A DNA stretch of 45,858 bases from Deltaproteobacteria bacterium TL4 (GCA_051382335.1 JBBCAX010000095.1:1-45858), one strand, 5' to 3'. Shown: positions 30,660-40,685, numbered from the stretch's first letter. Notes: a model not told the origin generated them from the letters alone. Made by a program: numbers and translations.

Positions 30660-31355
30660 TTAGGCTGAATGTTTGGGTTGAACCACGCTTTCCACATAAT
30701 CGGCATAAAGGATGAGCTGCTCTTGCTCAAGATGATCAAACAGGCGGGAACTGATACTGGAAATAATGCCAAGCCCGCCTTTCACGCCTATTTCCGCCAT
30801 TCTTTTCCCAAAATGACCGATCCGCAGCAAAGCCAGAGGATCAATGTAATAATGAGTCAACATGGAGGTTGACATATTGACCAGCTCATCATGAAGCACT
30901 TGCGTATATTTTTTAGGTGTGGGGTCATTTCGTAAGCGCTTTATGGTATTGAGCGTTTGTTCCGCAACTTCTGCTGATACCGAGCAAGACATGTAATATT
31001 CCTTACCTTCTGTGGGAGTTGGATGAGGATGAAACAGGTTTTCCAGATAATTCGCGTACAACAAAAGCTGCTCACGCTCCATGTTCCGAATGAGTTTTGT
31101 CCCCACTTTGGACGTAATGCTGAGACCCGCATTGACGCCTGCATGCACCATTTTCTTGCCAAAGGAACCCACCTTCAGCAGCTCCAGAGGTTCCACAAAA
31201 TGATATTCGGAAATTGCACGGGAAACACTGATCAAACAATCATGAATTTCATTGGTATAGGCTCCCTTAACAGGACGTGTTCTCAACTGTGTCATGATAT
31301 TTAAGGATTCTTCCCCCACTTCTTTGGAAATAGGGCAAACCAGAATATATTCCAT
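30660..31355 (-). CDS. Hypothetical protein made of two ~113-aa internal repeats
   Basis: EPLELLKVGSFGKKM..EQLLLYANYLE vs DPLALLRIGHFGKRM..EQLILYADYVE; 10 bp downstream of dctM. Confidence 0.85.
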   Translation of the reverse strand: MEYILVCPISKEVGEESLNIMTQLRTRPVKGAYTNEIHDCLISVSRAISEYHFVEPLELLKVGSFGKKMVHAGVNAGLSITSKVGTKLIRNMEREQLLLYANYLENLFHPHPTPTEGKEYYMSCSVSAEVAEQTLNTIKRLRNDPTPKKYTQVLHDELVNMSTSMLTHYYIDPLALLRIGHFGKRMAEIGVKGGLGIISSISSRLFDHLEQEQLILYADYVESVVQPKHSA

Positions 31356-31365
31356 AAAGCGTCCT

Positions 31366-32628
31366 TTAACGGATGAAGACCAGACTTAACCAGGGAATAA
31401 ACGTCACCAAGGCCAACGCCACGATTTGAAACGCAAGAAAAGGCAGGGCCGCGCGATAGAGTTCCATGACGGGACGTTCAAATCTGAAGCTGGCAATAAA
31501 TAAATTCATGCCCACAGGGGGCGTACAATAACCCAGTTCCAAATTGGCTAAAAAAATAACGCCTAAATGAATCGGATCAATTCCATAAGAAGTGGCGACG
31601 GGGACAATCAACGGGACCACCACCATGATTGCTGAAAAAATATCCAGCATCGCGCCTACCACCAACAAGAAGAGGCTAAGCACCAATAAAAACATGTATT
31701 GATTGTCAATGTAGTTTTGAAGCCATTCGAATAGTTGATCAGGGACTTCTTCATCAACCAAATAATTCGACATGGCCGACGCCGCCCCCATAATCAAAAA
31801 AATTCCGCCGACCAGTACCATAGATTCACGAACAATTCTAGGTAAATCTCCTCTGAAACTGAGATCTTTGTGGATCCAGATTTCTACAATCAGAGTATAT
31901 AAAGACGCAATCACCGCGCTTTCTGCCGCGGTAAGATAGCCTCCATAGATTCCGCCAAAGACAATCACAGGCACTCCCAATTCCCATTTGACTTCCCAAA
32001 ACGAAGTCTTGACGGTTTGGAGATCAAACGGATGACGGGGGATGTTTTGTTTTTTTGCGTTATAGATGCAATAGAGCGCAATCAGGGTGCACATCAGAAC
32101 AAAAGGCAGGATTGTCGCAATTTTCATTTCATCGAATGAAGCGCCGGAAATGATGCTATAGAGAATGAGCGGAATACTTGGAAAAATCAAAACGCCAGGT
32201 CCGCCTGACGCTGTAATATGGCCTAAGCTGAACTGTTCTCCATAGCCATCTTTGATTAAAGCCGGGAGCAATAATCCTCCTAACGCAATAATAGTGACTC
32301 CGCTGGCGCCGGTAAACGCGGTGAAAACACTACAGGTGAGCAAGGCCACAATCCCCAGTCCTCCAGGAAACCAACCGATCAGGGTTCTGGACAAATTAAT
32401 AATACGCGTTGGCGCTTGGCTTTCCGCAAGTAAATACCCCGCAAAGGTAAATAACGGAATGGCGACAAAGGTTTGCTGTGTTGAGACATTGGCGAGATTG
32501 ATGATGAACAAAGAGGCTTCACTCTCAGAAAGGTAAAACAATACGAGTGTTAACCCTCCAAGCACAACAAAAAGCGGAGTTCCCAAAACGGCAAAGAAAA
32601 TGGCGGCAAGATTGGCAAGTAAAGTCAT
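31366..32628 (-). CDS. dctM: TRAP transporter large permease DctM
   Basis: AIPLFTFAG, FTAFTGASG, G.LIFPSIPLI, GIDPIHLG, TPPVGMNLF. Confidence 0.96.
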   Translation of the reverse strand: MTLLANLAAIFFAVLGTPLFVVLGGLTLVLFYLSESEASLFIINLANVSTQQTFVAIPLFTFAGYLLAESQAPTRIINLSRTLIGWFPGGLGIVALLTCSVFTAFTGASGVTIIALGGLLLPALIKDGYGEQFSLGHITASGGPGVLIFPSIPLILYSIISGASFDEMKIATILPFVLMCTLIALYCIYNAKKQNIPRHPFDLQTVKTSFWEVKWELGVPVIVFGGIYGGYLTAAESAVIASLYTLIVEIWIHKDLSFRGDLPRIVRESMVLVGGIFLIMGAASAMSNYLVDEEVPDQLFEWLQNYIDNQYMFLLVLSLFLLVVGAMLDIFSAIMVVVPLIVPVATSYGIDPIHLGVIFLANLELGYCTPPVGMNLFIASFRFERPVMELYRAALPFLAFQIVALALVTFIPWLSLVFIR

Positions 32629-32657
32629 AAAAGATTCAAGCGCAATATAAGATTAGT

Positions 32658-32780
32658 GGCTACCCACTTAAGCGGAACATGGGTAGGCGGGGATTACATG
32701 CCCCGCTTTTCTGAGCGTTGAGTTTGCCGAACACGTAGTTCCGGCCTACCATCGAGGTGTCCCGGATTAAACGAGTAGCC
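32658..32780. mobile_element. MITE, shell family A, with GGTAG REP doublet and 8-bp target duplication
   Basis: GGCTACCCACTTAA...TTAAACGAGTAGCC flanked by AGATTAGT at 32650-32657 and 32781-32788; close inverse copy at 45016-45139. Confidence 0.9.
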
Positions 32781-32794
32781 AGATTAGTGAGGGA

Positions 32795-33346
32795 TTAGTG
32801 CTTTAAGACATCAAATTCATCCAATTCTGGTGGCAGTCCTACGTCAACACCTGCCAAGGTCAGTATATGTTCGAGGGCCCGTAAAACAAAGCGGGCAAAG
32901 ATCAAATAGAAACCCACAGGAATAATCATTTTTGAAATCGCCTGAGGAATCGGTAAATGCGCGGATTCCAAGGCGTCAGAGGCTTTCATTAATACAATAA
33001 AGTCGACTGCCGCCGACGCCATGAACCATACAACCAGGGCTGCTACGGAACTGGTAACAATCGCGACAAGGTGACGTTGTTTGACAGAAAGCAGTTTCCC
33101 TGTTAAATCAATGCTCATGTGTCGTTGATCCAGGGTTGCAAGGGAACCGCCCAACATCATAATCCACAAGAGGCTGTTTAATACCAGAGGATCAATCCAA
33201 AGCAAGGCGGTTGAAAAAACATTTCTCAATACCGTTTGCAATGAGAAGAGCATCAGGATTCCCATCAGAATGGAAGAGAGTAAACCCACTTCAATTTTTC
33301 CGATCAGCCGGTCAAGGTCAAATAAGAATTTCCAGTTCATCAGCAC
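32795..33346 (-). CDS. dctQ: TRAP transporter small permease DctQ
   Basis: Four TM helices, LWIMMLGGSLA...RHMSID. Confidence 0.93.
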   Translation of the reverse strand: MLMNWKFLFDLDRLIGKIEVGLLSSILMGILMLFSLQTVLRNVFSTALLWIDPLVLNSLLWIMMLGGSLATLDQRHMSIDLTGKLLSVKQRHLVAIVTSSVAALVVWFMASAAVDFIVLMKASDALESAHLPIPQAISKMIIPVGFYLIFARFVLRALEHILTLAGVDVGLPPELDEFDVLKH

Positions 33347-33347
33347 T

Positions 33348-34349
33348 CTAGGGGTTACGGACTTCTTGAATATAGTTTCGAACTTGTGCTAAAAGCTCTG
33401 CGCTGTAGTATTTGTCTATAAAATATTCCTGTAATTCAAGGTTCGACTTTTTGGTGATCGCAATGGATTCAGGGGTATATTCGATAATTTGAATTCCTGC
33501 CTTTTTTAAAGTTTCAATGGATTCTGCATTTTCAATCCTCATCTGTTGAGTTTGAGTTTTGGAGAGTTCCCACATGAGTGTTTTGACGAGTTGTTGGTGT
33601 TCAGGTTTGATGTTATCCCAAGTTTTCTTTTTCATCACGACACCCCCTGTTGAATAGAGAAGTGGCAAATGTCCCATGTATTGGGCTCTGCGGTACCACT
33701 GAAGCGCCAAAGCGCCCATTGGAGGATTGGCAAAACCGTTCAAGGCATTGGATTCGAGTTGTATCAACACATCGGTTAAGGGGACAGTAATCGGAGACAT
33801 GCCAAATTTTTTCATAGCGACAGGGGCGATGGGTTCTCCCGGCATCGCCCACATTTTGACATGTTTGAAATCTTCATGGTCTCTGGCTGGAGTATTGGTA
33901 AACACATAGATCGGCCCGATTTCAGCCCATCCCAGAAAGATGAAGCCTTTTTCTTCAAATTTCTGTTCATAAAACGAACGCGTTTTAGCTAAAACGTAAT
34001 CTAATTCTTTATAATTTTCGTAAAGTCCAGGCAGCCCCAAAACTTGATATTCTTTCACAATTTCACTGAGCGCAACGCTGGTAAATCCTGCCGCGTGGAC
34101 AGCATTGATTCGCATTTTTTGCAAAACCACCGATTCTTCCCCTTGTTTTGCGCCTGCATACATTTTGAAGACAACCTGATCCCCTGTTTGTTTTTTAATG
34201 GCCAAGAAACTTTTCCGCGCCGCTTTGACCCAACTGGTTCCTTCTGGCGCAACAAGCGCGAATTTAACGGTTACCTTTTTAGCTTGGACAGCGAAGGGTA
34301 GAAGGCCTAAACCGACGAGTAACATCACGGTAAAACGGTTCCAATTCAT
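33348..34349 (-). CDS. dctP: TRAP substrate-binding protein DctP (TatP type)
   Basis: Signal peptide, FALVAPEGTSW, GEE..VLQKMRIN, KGFIFLGWAEIG, ALALQW. Confidence 0.93.
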   Translation of the reverse strand: MNWNRFTVMLLVGLGLLPFAVQAKKVTVKFALVAPEGTSWVKAARKSFLAIKKQTGDQVVFKMYAGAKQGEESVVLQKMRINAVHAAGFTSVALSEIVKEYQVLGLPGLYENYKELDYVLAKTRSFYEQKFEEKGFIFLGWAEIGPIYVFTNTPARDHEDFKHVKMWAMPGEPIAPVAMKKFGMSPITVPLTDVLIQLESNALNGFANPPMGALALQWYRRAQYMGHLPLLYSTGGVVMKKKTWDNIKPEHQQLVKTLMWELSKTQTQQMRIENAESIETLKKAGIQIIEYTPESIAITKKSNLELQEYFIDKYYSAELLAQVRNYIQEVRNP

Positions 34350-34383
34350 TGAGATGCTCCTATTTATAAATCATACTATTCAG

Positions 34384-34435
34384 CCGCAGATAAACGCGGA
34401 TTTAAAAGTTTTTTTAAATCCGCGTTTATCTGCGG
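34384..34435. repeat. Perfect 24-bp inverted repeat between tatT and dctP
   Basis: CCGCAGATAAACGCGGATTTAAAA-GTTT-TTTTAAATCCGCGTTTATCTGCGG. Confidence 0.9.
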
Positions 34436-34451
34436 TCCATATCCCGAGGCG

Positions 34452-35405
34452 TTAAAATAAATCATTCTTTTGCTGGATCAGCCTTCTTGCCTGAACTTTT
34501 GCGATGGCATTGGGTAAGGCCGCCTCTTTCAGCAAGTCGTCCGGTGCGGTCAGGACTTGTTTTAAAAGCTGATCAAACAGTGTTTCATCCAACATTTGGA
34601 CAGCATAGGACTGGGCAAACATTACTTGAGCTAAAAGAAACTTTCCATTCGTAAGTTCAATGGCCCGTTCAAAATGCTGTTTCCCTTTCTCGGGATTTCC
34701 TCCAAGAATCTGAGGAATAGACGCCTCAAACGCCCCCATGGCGATATGAGGAAACCCGTAAAAAAAGGACTCATCTAAGTCAATCGCTCGTTGGATCATC
34801 ATTTTGATTCTGCCAATATGAATGATTTCTTGAGGATGGTTCATGTTATGAGTAATATAGAGCAGCCAGTTCATGCTCAAGTAGACCAATCCCGGGACCT
34901 CTTCTTTTTCTAATTCTTGCAGCGATGGTTCAAAGGACTCCAACTTTCCAAAGAGGTGGGTCATGAACTTTTCATGTTCCGCAAAGATTCGAAGGCCATG
35001 GCTTCTGCCACGAAGGTAGAACGCCTGTGCTCTCTGAGAAAAAAGAGCGGCCTGTTCTTCTTGATCACTGAATTTCAGTTTTTGATATTCTTCGTCCACA
35101 AAGGCCAATGAGTAAAAAAGAAAGCTTTGGGCCAGAACTTCATTGAGGATTTTATTGTGAGGGGAAAGTTCCAGAATCCCTTCGATCAGCTTCACATTAG
35201 CAGGAATTGCCATTTTGACAAATTCCAAATCTGTTTCTTCAAGAATCGCTCGGGTACTCCCTGGAACCACAATTTCCGCACCGGTATTGACCGCAAAATC
35301 GGTGAAAGAACAACTACTCAACACAAAACCAACGCTGAGCATCAGCAACAAATACCGTAGAGACATCGCTGGTAGTTTAACGGGGGCCCTTTTTATTTCA
35401 ATCAT
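34452..35405 (-). CDS. TRAP-associated TatT component lipoprotein (TPAT system)
   Basis: LSSC lipobox, ETDLEFV..AIPA.VKLIEG, LGGNPEKGKQHFERAIEL; directly upstream of dctPQM. Confidence 0.9.
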   Translation of the reverse strand: MIEIKRAPVKLPAMSLRYLLLMLSVGFVLSSCSFTDFAVNTGAEIVVPGSTRAILEETDLEFVKMAIPANVKLIEGILELSPHNKILNEVLAQSFLFYSLAFVDEEYQKLKFSDQEEQAALFSQRAQAFYLRGRSHGLRIFAEHEKFMTHLFGKLESFEPSLQELEKEEVPGLVYLSMNWLLYITHNMNHPQEIIHIGRIKMMIQRAIDLDESFFYGFPHIAMGAFEASIPQILGGNPEKGKQHFERAIELTNGKFLLAQVMFAQSYAVQMLDETLFDQLLKQVLTAPDDLLKEAALPNAIAKVQARRLIQQKNDLF

Positions 35406-35445
35406 AACACTTTGGGGTCAGTAAAATTTATTGGATGAAATGGCG

Positions 35446-35922
35446 TTAGCCTAAAATCTCTAGCAATCTGGCTTTAAATCGTTTTAATTGTTCGGCGGCA
35501 TCCTGGATGGAAACTAAATCCAGTTCGGCTTGTTTGGCAAAATAATAGGTGCTGATGATGGTAATCAATTGTGAAATTTGCTCTTGCTCTTGAGAGGGAA
35601 TCTTTGTCTTTTTAGGTTCAGAAGACCTTAGATGAAGTGAAACAAAATCATGAATTTCACCACAAATGAAGAGGACGGCCTTGGGCCCTGAATTTTTGAG
35701 CAGAAACCGTTTGATTTCTTCAAGTCGAAACCGGGCACGTTCAAGTTGAACGCGGTATTCAAGGACTTGTTCCGTGTAGTGGATTTTTCTCCATTTTCCT
35801 TCCAAATCATTCAGTTGATCCAGTAATTCCTGAACAAGATATGCTTTGAAAGACTCGTCCTGAATGTTTTGAAACGCATACGATATTTTAGTTGAGAGTA
35901 ATCTGTCTATTACGGAAGTCAT
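35446..35922 (-). CDS. Hypothetical helical protein
   Basis: 158-aa ORF with GAGGAGGA RBS, co-oriented with the TPAT operon. Confidence 0.75.
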   Translation of the reverse strand: MTSVIDRLLSTKISYAFQNIQDESFKAYLVQELLDQLNDLEGKWRKIHYTEQVLEYRVQLERARFRLEEIKRFLLKNSGPKAVLFICGEIHDFVSLHLRSSEPKKTKIPSQEQEQISQLITIISTYYFAKQAELDLVSIQDAAEQLKRFKARLLEILG

Positions 35923-36041
35923 GGTTCCTCCTCTTTAAATCAAAATAGTTTTTTTTTGGATTTCGCTAAGGCACAAAGAATATGTAGTTGAAACAAAGAA
36001 TGTCTAGGAAGGTAATAGATGTAAATTTATTTTAAAGCAAG

Positions 36042-36226
36042 CTATAGACATGCATTTAAATAAATTCAGCATGTATATTTTGGATGACCCATTTAATCGA
36101 CTCATGATTAGGAGTGTCAAAGCTTGCTTTGACCAGAAAAGCCAAAGCTTTTCTTTGAATTTTGCCAAAGCAAGCTTTGGTACTCCACAGTAATTCCAAT
36201 GAAATTATTTAAATGAACGTCTATAA
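36042..36226. mobile_element. MITE-like element, shell family C (un-nested copy)
   Basis: CTATAGACATGCATTTAAATAAATTCA / TGAAATTATTTAAATGAACGTCTATAA ends; GGAGTGTCAAAGCTTGCTTTG...CAAAGCAAGCTTTGGTACTCC core. Confidence 0.8.
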
Positions 36227-36231
36227 CTTGA

Positions 36232-37119
36232 TTATTGATTGTGCTTGAGGTCATAAAGCTTATCTCGCAGCATTGAATAGAGTTCTTCGATGGAGGCTTT
36301 AGGTAATTGGGACCACTCCATTAACTGCAAGATCCCCTGACGCAGTTTATTTCGCGATAACCCCCTTTTTTGCCATTCTTCGTAGATAGTTTGAACTGGT
36401 TTGCTAAGAGGTGTTCCATCCATTTGTTTTCTAAATAAAAATTTAAGCGCGCTATCTGGATAATTATAGATAAATTCCATGATCGATTCATCCGTAATGT
36501 GTGCTGTTCCATAAACAACATCGGACTCAATGAGTTCTCCGGTTCTTTGACTATCTTCATCCACTTCAAAGTCATCCTCTTTATTTTCCAGTAGCGTTGA
36601 CACTTCCGGCGTTGCTTGCTGCGGAGGCACCTGCGCTTTAACTGGAGAGGGTCGGCTTGTTTGCTGTTGCGTCAATGAGGCACCTGATTTTCGCAGATCC
36701 GGTTGCCCTGCGCTTGCGGGAGAAACTCCGGCGCCTGTTTCTTTTTCTGACGGAACCTGTTGCGCTTGTTCATAAGCTTGACGAAACGCTCCCAGATAAT
36801 CATACACTCTTTGTATTTCAGGCGTATTTTTAGGAGGAAGGTAGGGAGGATCCAGAAACATGCCCGCCCGACGTTGTTGCTCATATTCAATGGCGGGGTC
36901 CAGGGGGGTCTGGTCGGCAATGGATTCCAGAATATTTTGAGGCGTAATCCATTCGGAATTCAAATGAGGTTTAGAAACAGGAACCCGTATCTGCGCATCA
37001 CGCCTTCCTTCTTCTGAAAGATCCAGATGATCGATGGAATGCAGAGCGACTTGCTGATATCCCTGTCGTTTGCGAAAAGCATTCAGAAAGGCTTCGATTT
37101 GATAACCGGAATGCAGCAT
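36232..37119 (-). CDS. Hypothetical protein with low-complexity linker and compact helical C-terminal domain
   Basis: 295-aa ORF with GAGGGA RBS; Q/P/S-rich middle; no recognised family. Confidence 0.75.
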   Translation of the reverse strand: MLHSGYQIEAFLNAFRKRQGYQQVALHSIDHLDLSEEGRRDAQIRVPVSKPHLNSEWITPQNILESIADQTPLDPAIEYEQQRRAGMFLDPPYLPPKNTPEIQRVYDYLGAFRQAYEQAQQVPSEKETGAGVSPASAGQPDLRKSGASLTQQQTSRPSPVKAQVPPQQATPEVSTLLENKEDDFEVDEDSQRTGELIESDVVYGTAHITDESIMEFIYNYPDSALKFLFRKQMDGTPLSKPVQTIYEEWQKRGLSRNKLRQGILQLMEWSQLPKASIEELYSMLRDKLYDLKHNQ

Positions 37120-37257
37120 GGTCCCTCATCTCTTTGACTATTATCCAATGACCGATTGAATCCGACCCGCATTTTGGAGCACCGAGGCATTTTCCAATAG
37201 GGTTTCTGCGGGATATGCTCTAAGAATCTTTCCTGAACCTGATCCCTCCTCCTTTCC

Positions 37258-37680
37258 TTAGCGTCTAAAAGCTAAATTTTTTCCTGCGGGTTTTCCTGAA
37301 TTTAAATAATTTTTAAGCTGTGAATGGGTCTTTAAATTTTGAGATTCTGCTGAAAGGCTGACTCTCTCTTTTTTGAGTTTTTGTTCAAACTGTTCTTCGG
37401 AATCCCACAAGTCTTGAAGGAGGAGGGGTACCTGCTCCAGGAGTTGACGCTCCCTTTCATTCCAGCCTCGTGGATATTGTTGTTCCCAAACGGAGATCAC
37501 GTCGTCTGTTTTACGCAGATTTTGGAGACATTGGTCTTTATGATCCAATAACGCGTTCAGTTCTATCCCCATCGACAACGTGAGTTGTTTCTGTGACAGT
37601 TGTAACAGTTCATGGAGTAAAGACAGTTTTTTTTTCAACAGCAGGATTGAATCCGCTTCGGCTAAGGGTTTATTTGCCAA
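37258..37680 (-). CDS. Helical protein, possibly a FlgN/FliT-like flagellar export chaperone
   Basis: LL.KK..LL.ELL.LS.KQ...LL..KD pattern and a C-terminal NY; overlaps the mnmE stop by 11 bp; near the flagellins. Confidence 0.5.
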   Translation of the reverse strand: MANKPLAEADSILLLKKKLSLLHELLQLSQKQLTLSMGIELNALLDHKDQCLQNLRKTDDVISVWEQQYPRGWNERERQLLEQVPLLLQDLWDSEEQFEQKLKKERVSLSAESQNLKTHSQLKNYLNSGKPAGKNLAFRR

Positions 37681-39058
37681 TACAAAACTCCGAAAAAATG
37701 CGATTTAACAAATCCTCCGCCGTGGTTTCACCCACAACTTCTCCAACGGCACTGAGTCCGTTTTTCAGATCCACAGCAACACATTCCTCTCCAGTGTTGA
37801 GTTCCAGCCCTTCTAAAGCGAACTGAATGGAATGCAACGCTTTTTGGACTGCTTGTTGCTGCCGTAGATTAGTAATCATGACTTGTTCCTCGGAAACAAC
37901 CTCCGCCTTGAGACTCCGACGGAAAATTAGATGTTCCAAGGCCTTGATATCGTTTGCTGACCGTGTGGAAATCAGCAGACTTTCGAAGGCTTGGACTTGG
38001 GACATCCATTCAGGCTGCTTCCCCTGGAGCAAATCGGCCTTGTTCAAAATTACTAATGTTTTTTCGCAATTTGCCCTGTGAATCAAAGCCAGGTCTTCCT
38101 TACTTAGATCTTCCGACGCATCCAAAACCAGCAAGACCATTTCCGCCAAAGCCCAAGCATCTCTGGATCGTTGAACCCCTTCTATTTCTACAGGATTGGT
38201 AGTTTCCCGAATTCCTGCCGTATCCATCAAGCGTATCGCCAAGCCTTCCATCTGGAGATTTTCTTCCAGAATGTCTCTGGTGGTTCCAGGGATATCCGTA
38301 ACAATCGCTCGTTGCTCTTTTAGCAGCGCATTGAGTAAACTGGATTTTCCCACGTTGGGACGTCCTATTAACGCAACGCCAATACCATCCCGCATGATTT
38401 TTCCCTGGTCTGCAGAGGTCAACAACTGTTCTAACTCCAAACGAATATGGCGCAATCTTTTTAAGCAGTCTTCTTGATGAGTAAATTCCTCGTCTTCTTC
38501 AGAAAAGTCAATACTGGCATTAAGCAATGCCAAAACATCCGCCATTTCTTCCTTAAGGCGCTGGATGGTTTGAAACAGTTTTCCCCGGATTTGATTTACC
38601 GCAACCTGCATCCCCAAACGGGAACGCGCATGAATTAAATCAGAAACGGCTTCGACTTGAGTCAAATCCAAACGACCATGTAAAAAAGCACGTTGGGTAA
38701 ACTCGCCTGGTTGAGCAAGGCGAACTCCCTGCTTCAGAATTAATTTCAGAATACTCTGCAGAATCAGAACACTCCCATGACAATGAATTTCGACCATATC
38801 TTCAGTCGTATACGAATGGGGTGCCCGCATAGTGACGAGCAAGACTTCATCCAGAAAGCGACGCTCTTCCATAATCCATCCCAGAACCATTTTATGAGAT
38901 TCCAGTTGATCCACAGAGAGCGCTGCTTTTGCTGGTTTAAAGATCGGTCTCAGGGAGGCCAACGCACGGCGTCCACTCACACGGATAATACCAATTCCAG
39001 CGGGACCCATTGCCGTTGAAATCGCGGCAATCGTATCTTCTAAATTCATAGTCCTCAA
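37670..39058 (-). CDS. mnmE: tRNA modification GTPase MnmE (TrmE)
   Basis: DTIAAIST..G..GIGIIRVSG, GEFTQRAFLHGRLDL, GRPNVGKS, PGTTRD, DTAGIR, NKAD, C-terminal FCIGK; start 39049 or 39058. Confidence 0.99.
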   Translation of the reverse strand: MRTMNLEDTIAAISTAMGPAGIGIIRVSGRRALASLRPIFKPAKAALSVDQLESHKMVLGWIMEERRFLDEVLLVTMRAPHSYTTEDMVEIHCHGSVLILQSILKLILKQGVRLAQPGEFTQRAFLHGRLDLTQVEAVSDLIHARSRLGMQVAVNQIRGKLFQTIQRLKEEMADVLALLNASIDFSEEDEEFTHQEDCLKRLRHIRLELEQLLTSADQGKIMRDGIGVALIGRPNVGKSSLLNALLKEQRAIVTDIPGTTRDILEENLQMEGLAIRLMDTAGIRETTNPVEIEGVQRSRDAWALAEMVLLVLDASEDLSKEDLALIHRANCEKTLVILNKADLLQGKQPEWMSQVQAFESLLISTRSANDIKALEHLIFRRSLKAEVVSEEQVMITNLRQQQAVQKALHSIQFALEGLELNTGEECVAVDLKNGLSAVGEVVGETTAEDLLNRIFSEFCIGK

Positions 39059-39136
39059 TATTCCTCACACCACATCCTATCCTATCCACCAGCGATGAAT
39101 TTCCCTGATAAGAACTCGCGCATTAAACGGTTTTCA

Positions 39137-40564
39137 CTACTCACGCAATAAGCGCATGAGCGAATGTTTATTAATGTCTCCTGCCTGAGCGACAGAGGCC
39201 GCGCTGGTTTCCGTTAAAATTCGGCTTTTGGTATATTCGGCTAACTCATAAGCAATATCCGTATCCCGGATACTGGATTCCGCGGCGATTAAATTTTCCG
39301 CGGCGATTTGTAAGCTGGCCACATTACTTTCCAGCGCGTTTTTCTGAAAAGAACCTAATTTTCCTCGAATTCCTGCCATCTGTGAGATGGCTTTGTCAAC
39401 CATTTTAATGCTGTCTTGAGCACCTTGAGAGGTGGTCACATTGATATCAGACAAGTTTTTATAACCACTTTCATTCTCAACATTGCGAGCCAAAGCGGAA
39501 GTTCCGGTATTGTCTAAAGTCAGACTCAGCTGTTGATCCGCATTGGGCCCGATTTGAAACACCAAGGCATTCTGCATGACACTGACCGAACCTTGTGAAC
39601 CCGTGGTTTTGCCATTGATCACGACAGACAAACCATCGGTATTGCGGTTTCCGCGATTCCCGGTTAAGACATTGCCAACACCGCTTGCCGCTTCCGTCCC
39701 AATCGTTCCAGCGACATCGGTACCATTTTTGTATTCCTTATCTCCCGGCTGAGTTCCAAATACTCCGGCTTTGGAGGTGGTGATACTGAATGAAGGATTG
39801 GAACCAAAGTCCTGATGCTGAATGGCAACCATCTTTGCCTCAGGCTCATAATCAATGGATACATTCAGATGTGCTTGCTTCGCCACCTCTTGAAGTTTTC
39901 CAATAAAACTGGTTGCCGTTTCCTCTTCTTCCGCAACGACGGTTACGGAATTTCTGCCTTCCCTGAGAGACAATTGAAGACCTTCCACCAGATCATTATT
40001 GAGGGCAGACGTCGCTGTCGTCCGAGTCGGTAATTGGGTCACATTAACATCATACCCATTGACGGGAGAGGTCTTTGAGTTGGCTGATGCGTTAACAAAC
40101 TGGATCAGGTCCGAATTGGTAACGCCTATCGTTCCCCGGCTTCCATCTAAAAGGGTTTTATTCCCAAACCGGGTTTGTGTGGACACCCTGTCGATACTTT
40201 CCAAAGCGTCACTGAGCTGGGCCTGCAATGCCGCAATAGAATTCATATCATTGGCGCCTTCATTGGCCGCCGCTACCGCTAATTGCCGAACTTCAATCAG
40301 CAAGTTATTCACTTCCGTTAGTGCCCCTTCTGCCGTCTGAATCATGGAAATTGAAAATTCAGAGTTGGAAATCGCTTGTTGAATCCCAGAAATCTGTCCT
40401 CGCAAGTTTTCAGAAATGATCAAACCTGACGGATCATCTGAGCCTTTATTAATCCTTTCACCAGACGATAAACGTTCCAGCGATTGTCCCAAGGCATCCT
40501 GTGCTTTCCCAAGATACCTCAAGGAATTCACCGAGGCCGTGTTGTTTTTGATACTAATCGTCAT
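39137..40564 (-). CDS. Flagellin (divergent paralogue)
   Basis: SLERLSSGERINKGSDDPSGL, QTAEGAL, QIGPN, AESSIRDTD; ATG 40564 preferred over 40600. Confidence 0.95.
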   Translation of the reverse strand: MTISIKNNTASVNSLRYLGKAQDALGQSLERLSSGERINKGSDDPSGLIISENLRGQISGIQQAISNSEFSISMIQTAEGALTEVNNLLIEVRQLAVAAANEGANDMNSIAALQAQLSDALESIDRVSTQTRFGNKTLLDGSRGTIGVTNSDLIQFVNASANSKTSPVNGYDVNVTQLPTRTTATSALNNDLVEGLQLSLREGRNSVTVVAEEEETATSFIGKLQEVAKQAHLNVSIDYEPEAKMVAIQHQDFGSNPSFSITTSKAGVFGTQPGDKEYKNGTDVAGTIGTEAASGVGNVLTGNRGNRNTDGLSVVINGKTTGSQGSVSVMQNALVFQIGPNADQQLSLTLDNTGTSALARNVENESGYKNLSDINVTTSQGAQDSIKMVDKAISQMAGIRGKLGSFQKNALESNVASLQIAAENLIAAESSIRDTDIAYELAEYTKSRILTETSAASVAQAGDINKHSLMRLLRE

Positions 40565-40685
40565 ACTAACCTCTACTCCTAAAGATTCATGCTCTAACAT
40601 ACTTCCGTTTTATCTTCATCAATCCTCATTCAATAGTGAGCCAACAGGGTGTTGGTTCTATTGAGTACTTTGCGACACCCTCTTC

